Shown here: one piece after another, positions 23,097 through 33,463 of the stretch | Position numbering within the stretch: the first letter of the stretch is position 1 | Layout: each line of letters begins with the position of its first letter | NCBI GenBank assembly: GCA_905250025.1 | Contig: CAJNOJ010000205.1 | Coordinates: 144,292-189,886, forward strand | Source of the DNA: Adineta ricciae | Lineage: Eukaryota | Length of the DNA: 45,595 nucleotides | Direction: 5' to 3' | Notes under the pieces: generated by a model | Told to the model about the DNA's origin: nothing | Databases searched by the model: none | What the model saw: the letters and a program-made list of their open reading frames with translations, nothing else | Program-made: the position numbers and the translations under genes

Positions 23097-24095
23097 ATGT
23101 CTACGAATGATACGGATTCCAGTGTTGAGTTTCTCTTTTTTTCTTACTATCCATTATTTCTCGTGATCGCGGGTACTACTCTTAACATGCTCACATTCGT
23201 TACTCTCTGTCGACGAACGTTCCAAGATACGAAAAAGCAACCTGTCATGCACTACATGCGTGCAATGGCAATCTTTGATACTGTGATGTTATACGGATGG
23301 AATCTCGATCATTATCTTTATGCAATACATGGATTCCGACTTGTTGAATACAGCATTCCATCCTGCAAAATTATGAGTTTTATTGACTATTTTATCACAC
23401 CTGCGTCGGCATGGCTTCGTGTATTCATCTGTTTTGATCGATATTTAGCTTTGAGTCATCTCAATCGGACTTGGTTTAGTCGTCCGAACAGCGTTCTGAT
23501 TATTATTGGATGTATTGTTGCCGTATTCACGATCTACAATGCGCATTTTCTCCTCTTTGCTTGTTATGTTCGGTCTGATGGCACCATCACGGCTAATTCA
23601 GTATTTTACCAAGTCTTTCCACTATGGGATTATATTCAACTCGGAATTTATAATTGTGTACCATTTTTTTGCATGGTAACACTTGATAGTGGTGTGATTT
23701 ATCATCTAGTTCGTCGTCGTCGCACGACAGCGATTCAAAACTCTCGCATTCAACATCGTGTTATTTCGATCACACTACTTATAACAACATTTCTCTTTCT
23801 AATTATGACGATACCATCAAGCATCATCTTTGCGTTTTTCTATGACATAGTCAATACGACAGTTTTGATGCTGGTCGATGCAGCTATGTATACATATCAT
23901 ATCTTATCATTTCCGTTGTATTTCATTACATTTCACGATTTTCGTCGAGAGTTTCTTACGATGATTCAATATGCAAGATTTGTTCGCGTCGTTGCACCAA
24001 TGACGAATACAGTACCAATGAATATAGTTGCAACGACGGAGAGAAAAATCATATCGAAAACGGCAGGACACGTCCATACGCAAATGAATCATTAG
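23097..24095 (+). CDS. Rhodopsin-like 7TM receptor (GPCR), single exon
   Basis: There are seven hydrophobic segments, a DRY-type motif after TM3 (FICFDRYLALSH), an N-terminus rich in N-glycosylation sites (MSTNDTDSS) and a basic third loop (LVRRRRTTAIQNSR). The ORF track starts at a TTG at 23049, and the first ATG is at 23097. Confidence 0.7.
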   Translation: MSTNDTDSSVEFLFFSYYPLFLVIAGTTLNMLTFVTLCRRTFQDTKKQPVMHYMRAMAIFDTVMLYGWNLDHYLYAIHGFRLVEYSIPSCKIMSFIDYFITPASAWLRVFICFDRYLALSHLNRTWFSRPNSVLIIIGCIVAVFTIYNAHFLLFACYVRSDGTITANSVFYQVFPLWDYIQLGIYNCVPFFCMVTLDSGVIYHLVRRRRTTAIQNSRIQHRVISITLLITTFLFLIMTIPSSIIFAFFYDIVNTTVLMLVDAAMYTYHILSFPLYFITFHDFRREFLTMIQYARFVRVVAPMTNTVPMNIVATTERKIISKTAGHVHTQMNH

Positions 24096-24330
24096 CAGAC
24101 TTCAACATCTGAAGTACAAATATCGTACTTCTTAACTCCGTTTCGACGCAATTTTCTGTTCGTTTTGCACTGACGTCAACTGAGTCATAAAGTATGATAC
24201 ATATCATACCTATTACTAAAAACAAACTACTTGTGTCATACACATCTGCGTTCTTTGGTTTTTCGTTTGATATTTAATGTTGAGTATTGATGATCCGATT
24301 CGATATATTAATTGAAACTTCACAAAAATC

Positions 24331-24720
24331 ATGTTTTATCTACTTCTTATTGTACTCATCTGTTGTGGTAATATCGTAACCGGCAAATCAGCAAAGCTTG
24401 TTACAGTTACTGTCACTCTGGGCGTAAATGAAAATACAGAAATCTGTTGTGATGCAAACCTTCAAGTTAGTTCTATTCAAGACAGTCGATGTCCACTGAA
24501 AATGGCCTGTATTTGGGCAGGCCAAGCTAAAGTCGGATTACTTCTTTCAAATTCCGAAGGTTCAAGCACAACAGAACTGATTATTGGCGCCCAATCGAAA
24601 CCTAATGCGCTCGTTGCTGTGGATAGCAAATCGTACAATGTCACTCTTGTACAAGTCACACCTTATCCTGGCGCAAGCAAAAATCCATCGCAAGCTACAG
24701 TGCAAATCATCTGTCCATAA
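24331..24720 (+). CDS. Small secreted protein of 129 aa, function unknown
   Basis: The ORF starts at an ATG with a hydrophobic signal peptide (MFYLLLIVLICCGNIVTG). The mature part is rich in Ser, Thr and Val and contains 4 Cys. Confidence 0.45.
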   Translation: MFYLLLIVLICCGNIVTGKSAKLVTVTVTLGVNENTEICCDANLQVSSIQDSRCPLKMACIWAGQAKVGLLLSNSEGSSTTELIIGAQSKPNALVAVDSKSYNVTLVQVTPYPGASKNPSQATVQIICP

Positions 24721-24742
24721 GAATTATTTTTGAATTTTTGAA

Positions 24743-26206
24743 TTACTCATCATCATTATAAAAAAACTCTTCTAACTTTTCAAAAATAAAACTACAATTT
24801 GCTCTTGCCTGTGCCTTCAGTCTTTTTCTTGTTTTCGATTGTAAATTGAAACTGTAGTACAGTTCCAATACCCGTAAGTTCTTCAGCGGAGACAAGATCA
24901 TCAAATCTTCATCTGTGTACTGTATTTCATCTTCTCTGTTGGGATAACTTAACACTAATTCTTCTAAACTTGTCACTTGTGACAGGACTACCATTGATGG
25001 GAAAGAAACCGAAGTCAAATCTAAAATTTTCAATGTATGATGATCAACCAAACTAATGAGTAAATTATCCATATTTTCTTTGGTAATACTGATCTGATCG
25101 AAAGTTAAACTTGTCAAATGAATGAATTGTTTGAGAATATCAATGTGTTCTGAAGTTATTTGAACTTCGTATTCATTCTCGGTGCAATCTGATTCAGCTG
25201 GATATTGAATCATCGTCAGTTCATCATATTTGATATGTTTTGCACTAATCTGTAATTCTTTTAATGATTCTTTCAAGGCAAGTAAATACTTATAACCGTT
25301 GATGTTGAGTTTCGCTTGTAAAGGCGAAAATCGATGTGATCTCAATGAAGTAATAGTGGGAATTCGACTTAAATGGTACAAAATTTCATTGGTGATCAAT
25401 GTTTCTTGAAGATGAACATGTTGTAAAGGAGGTCGGCATGGCAAAGACGCTAAAATTTGCAAATCCGATGGTAAAAATTCGAACCATTCCAAATATTTCA
25501 AGTTCGGAAGACATGCTAGAGCATTCAGTTGCTGAACTCGACTTCTTCTCCCAGTAAAATTGTCCTGGCGAAGAATAAGTTTCTCTAATTTTGTCAAACA
25601 TTTAAAATATTTCTCGATATCGATTTCAATTTTCGCGCCCGATCGTAAAAGTAGAAAGAAGTACGTTAAATTTGGAAGAAGATGCAACGATGTTAGAAGA
25701 CAAAGGCATGTCATCGTTGTCTCGGCATTTATTTCCGGATTCATCGCTAAGATTAAGCTTTTCAGAGTTGGAGAAACCGATCGAAATAAATTTGTAACAA
25801 ACACCGGTGTCAACGAAACAAAACGTAATTTGAACGTATGTAACGAAGTAAAATTCAATTGAAAATTATCCCATGCTATTCTACGATCGGACAAATCCAT
25901 TTCAATTCTATTGACATGACGTAAAATTTTCGAATTGGAAATCACGAGCAGTTGCTGTTCGTTCGAGAGGGTTAATTTCGTACGTTTGTTAAAGCAGAAT
26001 TGGTTAGATGCGAGTAAGTTATACCATGTTTTACATGTTAATGCCACCGACAGTAATGACTCGATCGGTAAATAACGAAAGATTTGTTGATAACAAATCA
26101 CCGGAATTCGAAGTGGATTCGATTCGAACATCATCTCATCATATTTTCGTTTAGACTGTGTCATTTTACAAAACTTGCATGATAAATGAAAATATATAAT
26201 CGTCAT
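24743..26206 (-). CDS. F-box-like plus leucine-rich-repeat protein, single exon
   Basis: An F-box-like region (IPVICYQQIFRYLPIESLLSVALTCKTWYNLL) is followed by Leu-rich repeats. The ORF track starts at a TTG at 26233. The first ATG is at about 26206 (MTIIYF...), with an alternative at about 26164 (MTQSKRK...). Confidence 0.65.
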   Translation of the reverse strand: MTIIYFHLSCKFCKMTQSKRKYDEMMFESNPLRIPVICYQQIFRYLPIESLLSVALTCKTWYNLLASNQFCFNKRTKLTLSNEQQLLVISNSKILRHVNRIEMDLSDRRIAWDNFQLNFTSLHTFKLRFVSLTPVFVTNLFRSVSPTLKSLILAMNPEINAETTMTCLCLLTSLHLLPNLTYFFLLLRSGAKIEIDIEKYFKCLTKLEKLILRQDNFTGRRSRVQQLNALACLPNLKYLEWFEFLPSDLQILASLPCRPPLQHVHLQETLITNEILYHLSRIPTITSLRSHRFSPLQAKLNINGYKYLLALKESLKELQISAKHIKYDELTMIQYPAESDCTENEYEVQITSEHIDILKQFIHLTSLTFDQISITKENMDNLLISLVDHHTLKILDLTSVSFPSMVVLSQVTSLEELVLSYPNREDEIQYTDEDLMILSPLKNLRVLELYYSFNLQSKTRKRLKAQARANCSFIFEKLEEFFYNDDE

Positions 26207-26499
26207 TACACAACAACGTGTAATGTTCTTCAACTAGAATAGAGGTTGGTGCAGGAAAGAATGTTCTCGAAATATGGCGCCGTCATCTTCTTATTATTCG
26301 TTACTGAACACAACAGAAAATGACATTCAATGAAGTCATAATCAATCGTCATTGCGTTAGAAAGCGCTTGTATTTCGTCACTGCTTCTAATCAACCATTC
26401 GCAACCTTCCATGTGGACAAGTCATTACACAATCACAGAACGAATATAAATACCGTAAACGGAGAGTGCAAATGGTACTAGAATAAGTTTTATCGAATA

Positions 26500-27990
26500 A
26501 TGGCTAATCAATTGAATCTTCACATACTACCGGTGGAACTCTTCTATCGAATTGTGAATTATCTGGATGATTTTACGATCATTTCTGCGCTGAGTAATGT
26601 TTGTAAACGCGTTGATACGATGATGGAGAATTATCGCCGTTACAAGGTAAACCACTTTCGCTCATGTGAATAGGCCGAGTATTTCAACTTTTATATAGGC
26701 ATTGACTACACTTCAACTTTGTAACTATAACATTGATTTAAAAGGTGCAGCAAATCTTGCCAATGCTCTCAAACAAAACAAAGTAGTATTTTAAATTCGT
26801 AGTTTTTATGACCGTGATTTCCTATTGAGTTTAGACGATCAGTGTGCTTGATATTGGACTCAATGAGATTGACGCTCAGTCGATGTCGTATATTGCTGAT
26901 GGCTTACGAGAAAATCAAGGAATACTTAAATTAAGTCTTCATTTGAATAAAATCGGCTCAAAAGGGGCAGCATATCTTGCTGATGCGCTGAAACAAAATC
27001 AAGTAACATACACTTCTCCACCGAGATGTTCATATTTTCATTTTGCATTAGACACTAACTCGACTGAATCTTCATTACAATCGAATTGGCGATGAAGGAG
27101 CACGACACTTTGCTGATACATTAAGACATAATAAAGTAAATTCTACTCTGTTCTATGAACACTTTATATGTATACATTGATTGTGATCGATAGGCACTAG
27201 TAAGATTAAATTTGATACGTAATGAAATTGGAGATCAAGGAGTGGCAGATCTCGCTGATGCTTTACAAGAAAATCAAGTAACGTATAGAACTAGAACTTC
27301 ATCCTTATTATTCTTGTTCTGTTTTTCATAGACACTTACAACGTTATATCTCGCAGAAAACCACATCGGTCATCAAGGAGCTCAACATCTTGCCCAAGCT
27401 TTACAAAATAATCATGTAGGTCATCATCATTTGACTTTTTAACAATTTCTTCCTTTTCATCTCTTCAGACATTGACAATACTCTACGTCGCTCAAAACCC
27501 AATTACGGATGAAGGAGCGAAACATTTTGCTGAAGCTTTAAAACAAAATCAAGTACTCATTCGCATACACATTCGACGCATTTGATCTTTTTTGTCATAG
27601 AGCCTCACCGTTCTGAGCTTGAAAAAGAATAAAATTGGTGACCAAGGAGCAGAATATCTCGCTGATGCTCTTACGAAAAACAAGGTAACTACTTTTCTTC
27701 TTCTTCTTCTTCTTCTCGAATTTCACATTCGTTCAATGTTCCCTACAGACACTTACGACACTTCATCTGAAGTGGAACCACATTGGTGATCAAGGAGCGA
27801 TCTCTCTTGCTAACGTTCTCCGTGAAAACAAAGTAACATTCTTTTTCATCAACATTTCATCGAAATAAGCTCTTTTATTACGTAGACGTTGACCTTTGTG
27901 GACATTCGTTTCAACGACATCAGTGATGAAGGAAAAAGTCATCTGATGGAAATAAGAAGATTAAATCGAAAACTGAAACTGATTTTCTAA
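26500..27990 (+). CDS. F-box plus RNI-type LRR protein in 10 exons (335 aa): 26500-26646, 26699-26782, 26835-27002, 27052-27135, 27194-27277, 27332-27415, 27469-27552, 27601-27684, 27749-27832 and 27886-27990
   Basis: The ATG at 26500 leads into an F-box (LPVELFYRIVNYLDDFTIISALSNVCKRVDTMMENY). Nine GT-AG introns of 48-64 bp are all in phase 0. Eight of the internal exons are exactly 84 nt, which is one 28-aa ribonuclease-inhibitor-type repeat, for example TLTTLYLAENHIGHQGAQHLAQALQNNH. One internal exon is 168 nt, or two repeats. Confidence 0.75.
27696..27717. repeat. (CTT)7 microsatellite inside intron 8 of the LRR gene
   Basis: The sequence is cttcttcttcttcttcttctc. Confidence 0.6.
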
Positions 27991-28206
27991 AACGTTTTCT
28001 CTTCATTATAATATATAAGTATATCTACTGTATCATCAAATTATCACAGTTTTACTTTGTTGATTGGTCTTTCTCTGACATCTCAGAATTCGTTATCACG
28101 AGAAGAGCTGTTGATGTGTTGACCTTAACAGTGTTGACAAATACAAAATACATATAAATACAAAGAACAACATAGAGAATCATCGGCATTTTCCTCCTTT
28201 TTCATC

Positions 28207-28815
28207 ATGCTAAAGAAGTTGATTCTTTTTCTATTACTCTCATTGATTCTGGCGATCAAATGCGCTAAATCTGAAACAGCAGTTCGATCGTATGTAGTTA
28301 AAGAAGACAAACCTCCCACCCTCAAACCTCTAACTGATTTTACTGCGTATGATTCACGAGAAAAGGATCGTATTTACCTACTACGAACAACATCGAGTGA
28401 TATTGATACCATTACACTATTCGATTATCGTGCTCGAACAATGATCGGAAATGTCGAGGGAGAATGGATCAATGGCATCTTCAACGTGTCTCTCTCTATT
28501 TATGATCCGAAATCGGACAAATGGGTTGATGGAATCATGACACTTGTGCGAGGTCTTCTATCCTATACGTATAAACTTAATTGGAACAATCAACGTCTGG
28601 TTATGAAGAGCAAATCGTTTACAAAAACGATTAAAATCTATGATGAATCAACGAATCAGTTAATGGGACAATTTCGCTATCGTTCGTTCTGGCGTAGTGG
28701 CACGAAGTACAAATATGACGTGAAAATCTTCACTAATAAACTTCCCGATGCTATTTTTCTCCTATCTATGACAGTGGTTCATCATAGTGAAAAACTAGTG
28801 GACGACAAACGATGA
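28207..28815 (+). CDS. Secreted protein of 202 aa, possibly LURP-one-related or tubby-C-terminal-like
   Basis: The ORF starts at an ATG with a signal peptide (MLKKLILFLLLSLILAIKCA). The C-terminal part (FRYRSFWRSGTKYKYDVKIFTNKLPDAIFLLSMTVV) resembles the C-terminus of LURP-one-related proteins. The family assignment is tentative. Confidence 0.4.
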   Translation: MLKKLILFLLLSLILAIKCAKSETAVRSYVVKEDKPPTLKPLTDFTAYDSREKDRIYLLRTTSSDIDTITLFDYRARTMIGNVEGEWINGIFNVSLSIYDPKSDKWVDGIMTLVRGLLSYTYKLNWNNQRLVMKSKSFTKTIKIYDESTNQLMGQFRYRSFWRSGTKYKYDVKIFTNKLPDAIFLLSMTVVHHSEKLVDDKR

Positions 28816-28970
28816 TCTCAAGATTTCTTACAACTATCGATTTTCTTTAGCTTAGTCTTTGTATTATTCTAATAAAAAAGACACCGTTGCTTTTCTTTCG
28901 TTTGCGAGAAGAAAGAGAATGAATAAAACGACCATGTGCGTCGATTCGATTCAAACATTAAAAAAAAACG

Positions 28971-29648
28971 ATGAAACGTGCCATTGTTTTTCTTCTTTTA
29001 TCCATTGTTTTCGTGTACATTCGTCAGGATAAAGCACAACGTAGTATAACTGCTGGACAACGAATTATTCCCGTGAATTCGCATTACGAAGGTGATATCA
29101 TTGAGTTTGTTCTAAGATCGAATGAAACTGGCCATACGCATTCGACAATTAAGCAAACGATTAAACGCGACGGGCCATGTGGAAACTTGTTATCAAATGC
29201 ACATCCATTGAAACGACCTTGTACTCCACCAATTCATTATCACCTAAAACAAGATGAAAAGTTTGATATTAAACAAGGTCGATTAGGTTACATCTTAAAT
29301 GGCATGAATGGCACGAAAGAAACGAACGAATCTTTATTTATACCCAAAAGTGCATGTCATACATTTTGGAGTGCAGGTGATGATGATTTAGTGGTATATA
29401 TAACACTTTATAATGATCATGGAATGGTACCGGGTAGAAGTGCGGATTCCTATTTTGAAAATATCAATGGTGTTCGACGGGATAGTCCAAGTCTGATAGC
29501 GACACTTCAGGTTCAAATTGGCCACGATATTTATCGATGCGATCTACCCCGACTATTTAACTCGATGTTTAGTAAACTATTCCAAATCGTAGCACTTGCT
29601 CTAGGTTATCAAATTCAATATGTTGAATATACAACACCTGTCATCTAG
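28971..29648 (+). CDS. Secreted protein of 225 aa, function unknown
   Basis: The ORF starts at an ATG with a signal peptide (MKRAIVFLLLSIVFVYI), followed by a Cys-containing mature region. Confidence 0.45.
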   Translation: MKRAIVFLLLSIVFVYIRQDKAQRSITAGQRIIPVNSHYEGDIIEFVLRSNETGHTHSTIKQTIKRDGPCGNLLSNAHPLKRPCTPPIHYHLKQDEKFDIKQGRLGYILNGMNGTKETNESLFIPKSACHTFWSAGDDDLVVYITLYNDHGMVPGRSADSYFENINGVRRDSPSLIATLQVQIGHDIYRCDLPRLFNSMFSKLFQIVALALGYQIQYVEYTTPVI

Positions 29649-29714
29649 ACCTTTTATTACAGAATGAAAGCAACTATTTTTGGTGCGAATAAATTTCTAT
29701 GAGCATGTTGTCTT

Positions 29715-30447
29715 TTATAGACCATGGACATATGTTCGACCTAGATCAGATAAACTTCCATCAGCTCGAATTAAACAGTTGGTTGAACCGAGTGCAGCAT
29801 CGAGACGACGTTGAGCTCCAAACCAGGCATAGCGTTCAACCCAGTCTAACGAATCAAGTTTTTGAACACTCTGTCGCATGAATTCATTGACTTCTGCTTG
29901 AGATACAGGTTGACTTGGATTCCATGACGTACAAGCGAATTCTGTTACCCATACAGGATGTTTATTGCCCAGCTGTTGACGAACGAGTGTGATCCAATTG
30001 ATAAAATTATCAGCACCACGACCGTACCAATGTAAAGCAATAAAATCGATCCGTCCACCGATTTGATTCAAGTCTCTGATGAATTGTTTTAACCAATTGA
30101 GTCCTTCGTTAGTCGAAGCAATAGCTGGTGAGCCAAGACGAACGCCTTGTTGTCTAAGAGGTTCAATATATTTTTTCCAAGCTAGTGCAGCATCACCAGG
30201 ACTCATGTGTGCTTGATCAGCACGTTCCGGTTCGTTGAAACCGAGCACATGCTTTGCACCTCGTGCTTGATTCACGAATAGACTGCCATCGTGACCTTTA
30301 TTCGTACTCCATAACATAGGAATAAATTCAGTACCAGCAAGATTTGTTCTATACGGTGACCAATTGTAAACCCATGAAATCTTTCCGCCACCAAAAACAC
30401 CCGGATTATCTTCTTTATTTTCCATTGGCCATGCAATACCTCGTTTT
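29715..30447 (-). CDS. PAN/apple-GH128 glucanase gene, exon 2: GH128 (Glyco_hydro_cc) catalytic domain
   Basis: The exon reads ...ISWVYNWSPYRTNLAGTEFIPMLWSTNKG...HVLGFNEPERADQAHMSPGDAALAWKKYIEPLRQ...PVWVTEFACTSWNP. NEP and TEF are the expected positions of the two catalytic Glu residues in the fungal/bacterial GH128 beta-1,3-glucanase fold. Confidence 0.7.
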
Positions 30448-30498
30448 CTTTGAAATATGAGAAGCTCACAAAGAGAAGTACTTTTTTCAAATATCTAC

Positions 30499-30842
30499 CT
30501 TGTGTTTCGATTACTTGTAGGATTTCTCGTTGCTTTGACGCCACAAACTGCAGACGAATCTGCACTATTTATAGCATTGGATTTCGAAACTGAACCGGAC
30601 TTCATCCAACAGGTTCCTCCTTGCCAATTCGTCCATGCAAAATGAGTGCATTTTGCTACTGCATCGCATTTCGGACCGCATAATTGCGGTGGACTTCGAA
30701 CATTGGTGAAATCATTTCCACGAAAATCACATCGTAAAGCCCAATTATTACCATTCCAATTGATAGTCGCTTTGGTAGCAACAAATAAATTGAGGATGAC
30801 CAAACATCCAATTGTAATAGACGATGTCGAAGCTTCTTTCAT
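30499..30842 (-). CDS. PAN/apple-GH128 glucanase gene, exon 1: signal peptide plus a PAN/apple-like Cys-rich module
   Basis: The exon starts MKEASTSSITIGCLVILNLFVATKA and continues CDFRGNDF...CGPKCDAVAKCTHFAWTNWQGGTCWMKSG...AVCG. The donor is ACAAG|GTAGAT, followed by a 51-bp intron ending at TTTCAAAG. Coordinates are set so that phase agrees with the ORF-track frames on both sides. Confidence 0.6.
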
Positions 30843-31167
30843 GCTTTCGATTTCGAATCTTAACTTTGATCAGCATTCTCTGTTAGACTACGCAATTATA
30901 TATAGAAGGTTCGTGTGGGAATCAGAAGGGATAAAAGCTTTCATCGTATCGCACCCCATGACTCAGCACGTCAGCTAAATATGTATTTCGAAAACAAAAT
31001 CCCCACATGATTCACAGCCCTAGTATTTTTATCGAGCGTGGGAATGTCGGAGGGAGAGAAACGCAAAGGATTGACATGCACAAAACAAAAAAACGTAAAA
31101 GCACCGGTGCTATTTAAATATAGCCACACATGAGTGGGACTTTTCTGCGGCAAACACTACAATTCGA

Positions 31168-33039
31168 TTAAACTTGAAAGTTAAACGTGTCTTTCTTCTG
31201 AGCAGTTTGCTGTAATTTCACTTTTCCTTCGTCAGAAAATTGACAATCATACATCCATAATACTTGTAACACTTGATTGTCTGTAATCATGCCATCGAAA
31301 TACTCAAGGCTGGCATCCGAAATTAATGCATTCGAATACAACGTTATCTCTTCGAGGGTTTGATTAAAATATCGAACGGCTTCACAGAAACCTTTCATCG
31401 ACTGATCCGTAATGAGATTCTCGTGTAAACCAAGAGCTCGAAGTGTTCTATTCGATTTTAGCATATTGGATAGATGCGCTAGACCTTGGTCGTCTATTTG
31501 GTTACCATTGAGAACCAATCTGCGCAGTGTGGAATTACGGAATGATAACGACTCCGATAACTGTTGTATCGCTTGGTCGGAGATGATGTTGTTCGAAATA
31601 CATAGTTCTGTTAATGTAGAATTCACGCCCAAAAAAGAAAACAAGCAAGAGAATGAACGTTCCGTTAACGCATTGTTTCGTAAAATAACTGATTTATATT
31701 TTAAAGTTGTGAAGTATTTATGGACGATTAAGTTTAGATCATCTTCACTAAGTTTCTCATTGTTTAAATTCAATAACGAACTTCGTTGACAGTTTTCAAT
31801 GAATTCTTCGAGTTGTGGGTTCGTGTAACCGTTCGAAGTGGCGAAGCAGAATAAGTTACTCGATAGACCAATTGGACCGTTTATTTTTAGTTCTAAATGC
31901 TTGATTTTAATAGCACGTTTTTCAAGTTCTCTTTCATGTGTAGTCAATACTTGTCGATACTGTTGATTTTCACTTTGAATCCTATCGTAATTAATCATCT
32001 GCTGCTTCAAACATTCGTTTTCTTCTTGAGATTTTTGATAGTAGCCAAGTAAAGCCCGATGTCCTTCCTTTATAGGTTGCAGCTCGTCCAACTCTTCTCG
32101 CAATTTTTGTTTTTCTTGAATGAGAACTGAAATTTGTTCTTCACCTCTCAATTGATTTGCTATTTTTTGCGTATATTCTTCAAGTTTTGTTAGTGCAGCT
32201 TGACTAGCGTCGTACTGTTCTTTCAGTGATGCATGTGCCGTTTTGATTTGTTCATATTCGCTTTCAATTGGTGTTAATCGATTGATTTCTTTACTGAGCC
32301 GGTCGATTTCGGCTAATTTTTTATCCAAATCCTCTTTCATACCTTCTATTTGCTTTGTGAGTGTTTCTTTTCCTTCATTTAGAACATTAATCTCTTGTTT
32401 TAGTGATGCATTTTCGTTTGCTCCTCGCTTGCATTGGTCAGTTAAAGTAGTTATTTGTATAACTTGCGTGTTCAATCCTTGATTTGCAACTTCAAGCTGT
32501 TTTATACGATCTTCTTGCTCTTTCGAACGATCTGCTAGTTTTCGATGATCATTCCGTAGTTGATCAAGGTCGTTTCTGTCACGAAGAAGCTCCGTTAAGA
32601 GCGCTCGGAGTTGTTCATATGGGCAAGTATGAACATGCTGATTTAATTGATCGTGTGATCCATTCCATGGACATTTGACATCTTTAGCCGGACAAGGTAC
32701 ATTTCTTTTCGGGCAGATTTCGCGCATGTGTTGCAGAAAATCTCCACGTTCAATATCTTGTTGTAAGCAATGACGGCATTGTACCGAGAGACGGCCTAGT
32801 ATTCGATGTACTAGTGCTACTTGATCTTGGATATCTTGTTGAGATAAGGGTTTTCCATTGCAATGCGTGCAGCTTGCTGCATGCTTTTCATAATTCAATT
32901 GAAGACACTGTCGACAAAAGGTTTGTCCACATCGAGAAGGGAAGTAAACTGGATCGATGAATGGATTGCTGCATAGAGAACATTCCCAATCTGGACTTAA
33001 CTCATCCAGATGCAGGTAAATAAAATCATTTGTGCCCAT
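31168..33039 (-). CDS. RING finger, TRAF-type zinc finger, long coiled coil and C-terminal RNI-type LRR protein, single exon
   Basis: A C3HC4-like RING (CSLCSNPFIDPVYFPSRCGQTFCRQCL...CTHC) and a TRAF-like zinc finger region (CRHCLQQ...HMREICPKRNVPCPAKDVKCPWNGSHDQLNQHVHTCPYE) are followed by about 250 aa of heptad-rich coiled coil and then LRRs (LTELCISNNIISDQAIQQLSESL..., LRRLVLNGNQIDDQGLAHLSNML...). The ORF track starts at a GTG at 33072, and the first ATG (MGTNDF...) is at about 33039. Confidence 0.7.
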   Translation of the reverse strand: MGTNDFIYLHLDELSPDWECSLCSNPFIDPVYFPSRCGQTFCRQCLQLNYEKHAASCTHCNGKPLSQQDIQDQVALVHRILGRLSVQCRHCLQQDIERGDFLQHMREICPKRNVPCPAKDVKCPWNGSHDQLNQHVHTCPYEQLRALLTELLRDRNDLDQLRNDHRKLADRSKEQEDRIKQLEVANQGLNTQVIQITTLTDQCKRGANENASLKQEINVLNEGKETLTKQIEGMKEDLDKKLAEIDRLSKEINRLTPIESEYEQIKTAHASLKEQYDASQAALTKLEEYTQKIANQLRGEEQISVLIQEKQKLREELDELQPIKEGHRALLGYYQKSQEENECLKQQMINYDRIQSENQQYRQVLTTHERELEKRAIKIKHLELKINGPIGLSSNLFCFATSNGYTNPQLEEFIENCQRSSLLNLNNEKLSEDDLNLIVHKYFTTLKYKSVILRNNALTERSFSCLFSFLGVNSTLTELCISNNIISDQAIQQLSESLSFRNSTLRRLVLNGNQIDDQGLAHLSNMLKSNRTLRALGLHENLITDQSMKGFCEAVRYFNQTLEEITLYSNALISDASLEYFDGMITDNQVLQVLWMYDCQFSDEGKVKLQQTAQKKDTFNFQV

Positions 33040-33463
33040 TCTTGAAAAGGAACGGAAACTTGATTTCTTCACAGTCAGATTCTACGGTGCATATGCCTTT
33101 TACACTGTTGTGAGAAGAATTGGGAAGAAAATGAAGAGTATACGTTTTACAAACGATTGTGTTGCTGTTTTCTCGTTACACAAAGAACGAAGAAAAAATG
33201 TGGTTGATTATAGTCGACAAAATACCCAGAGAAATGAAGAAAATGTAAATATGAAAATAAGAGTGTAATAAGAAAAAAGATGTTATTTAAAAGAACAAAC
33301 TCAGCCTTGATGAAGGTGTAGAAACCTATTATCAGTGTGAAGTTAGTACCAGATAGTTCGCACCAAAAAACAAAGAATTTCACGATAATATTCATCTAAG
33401 TATCCCCTTGTCGTAGTTATTCTTTATTAAATACAAAACACACATCAACAACCATTTAGCTGC

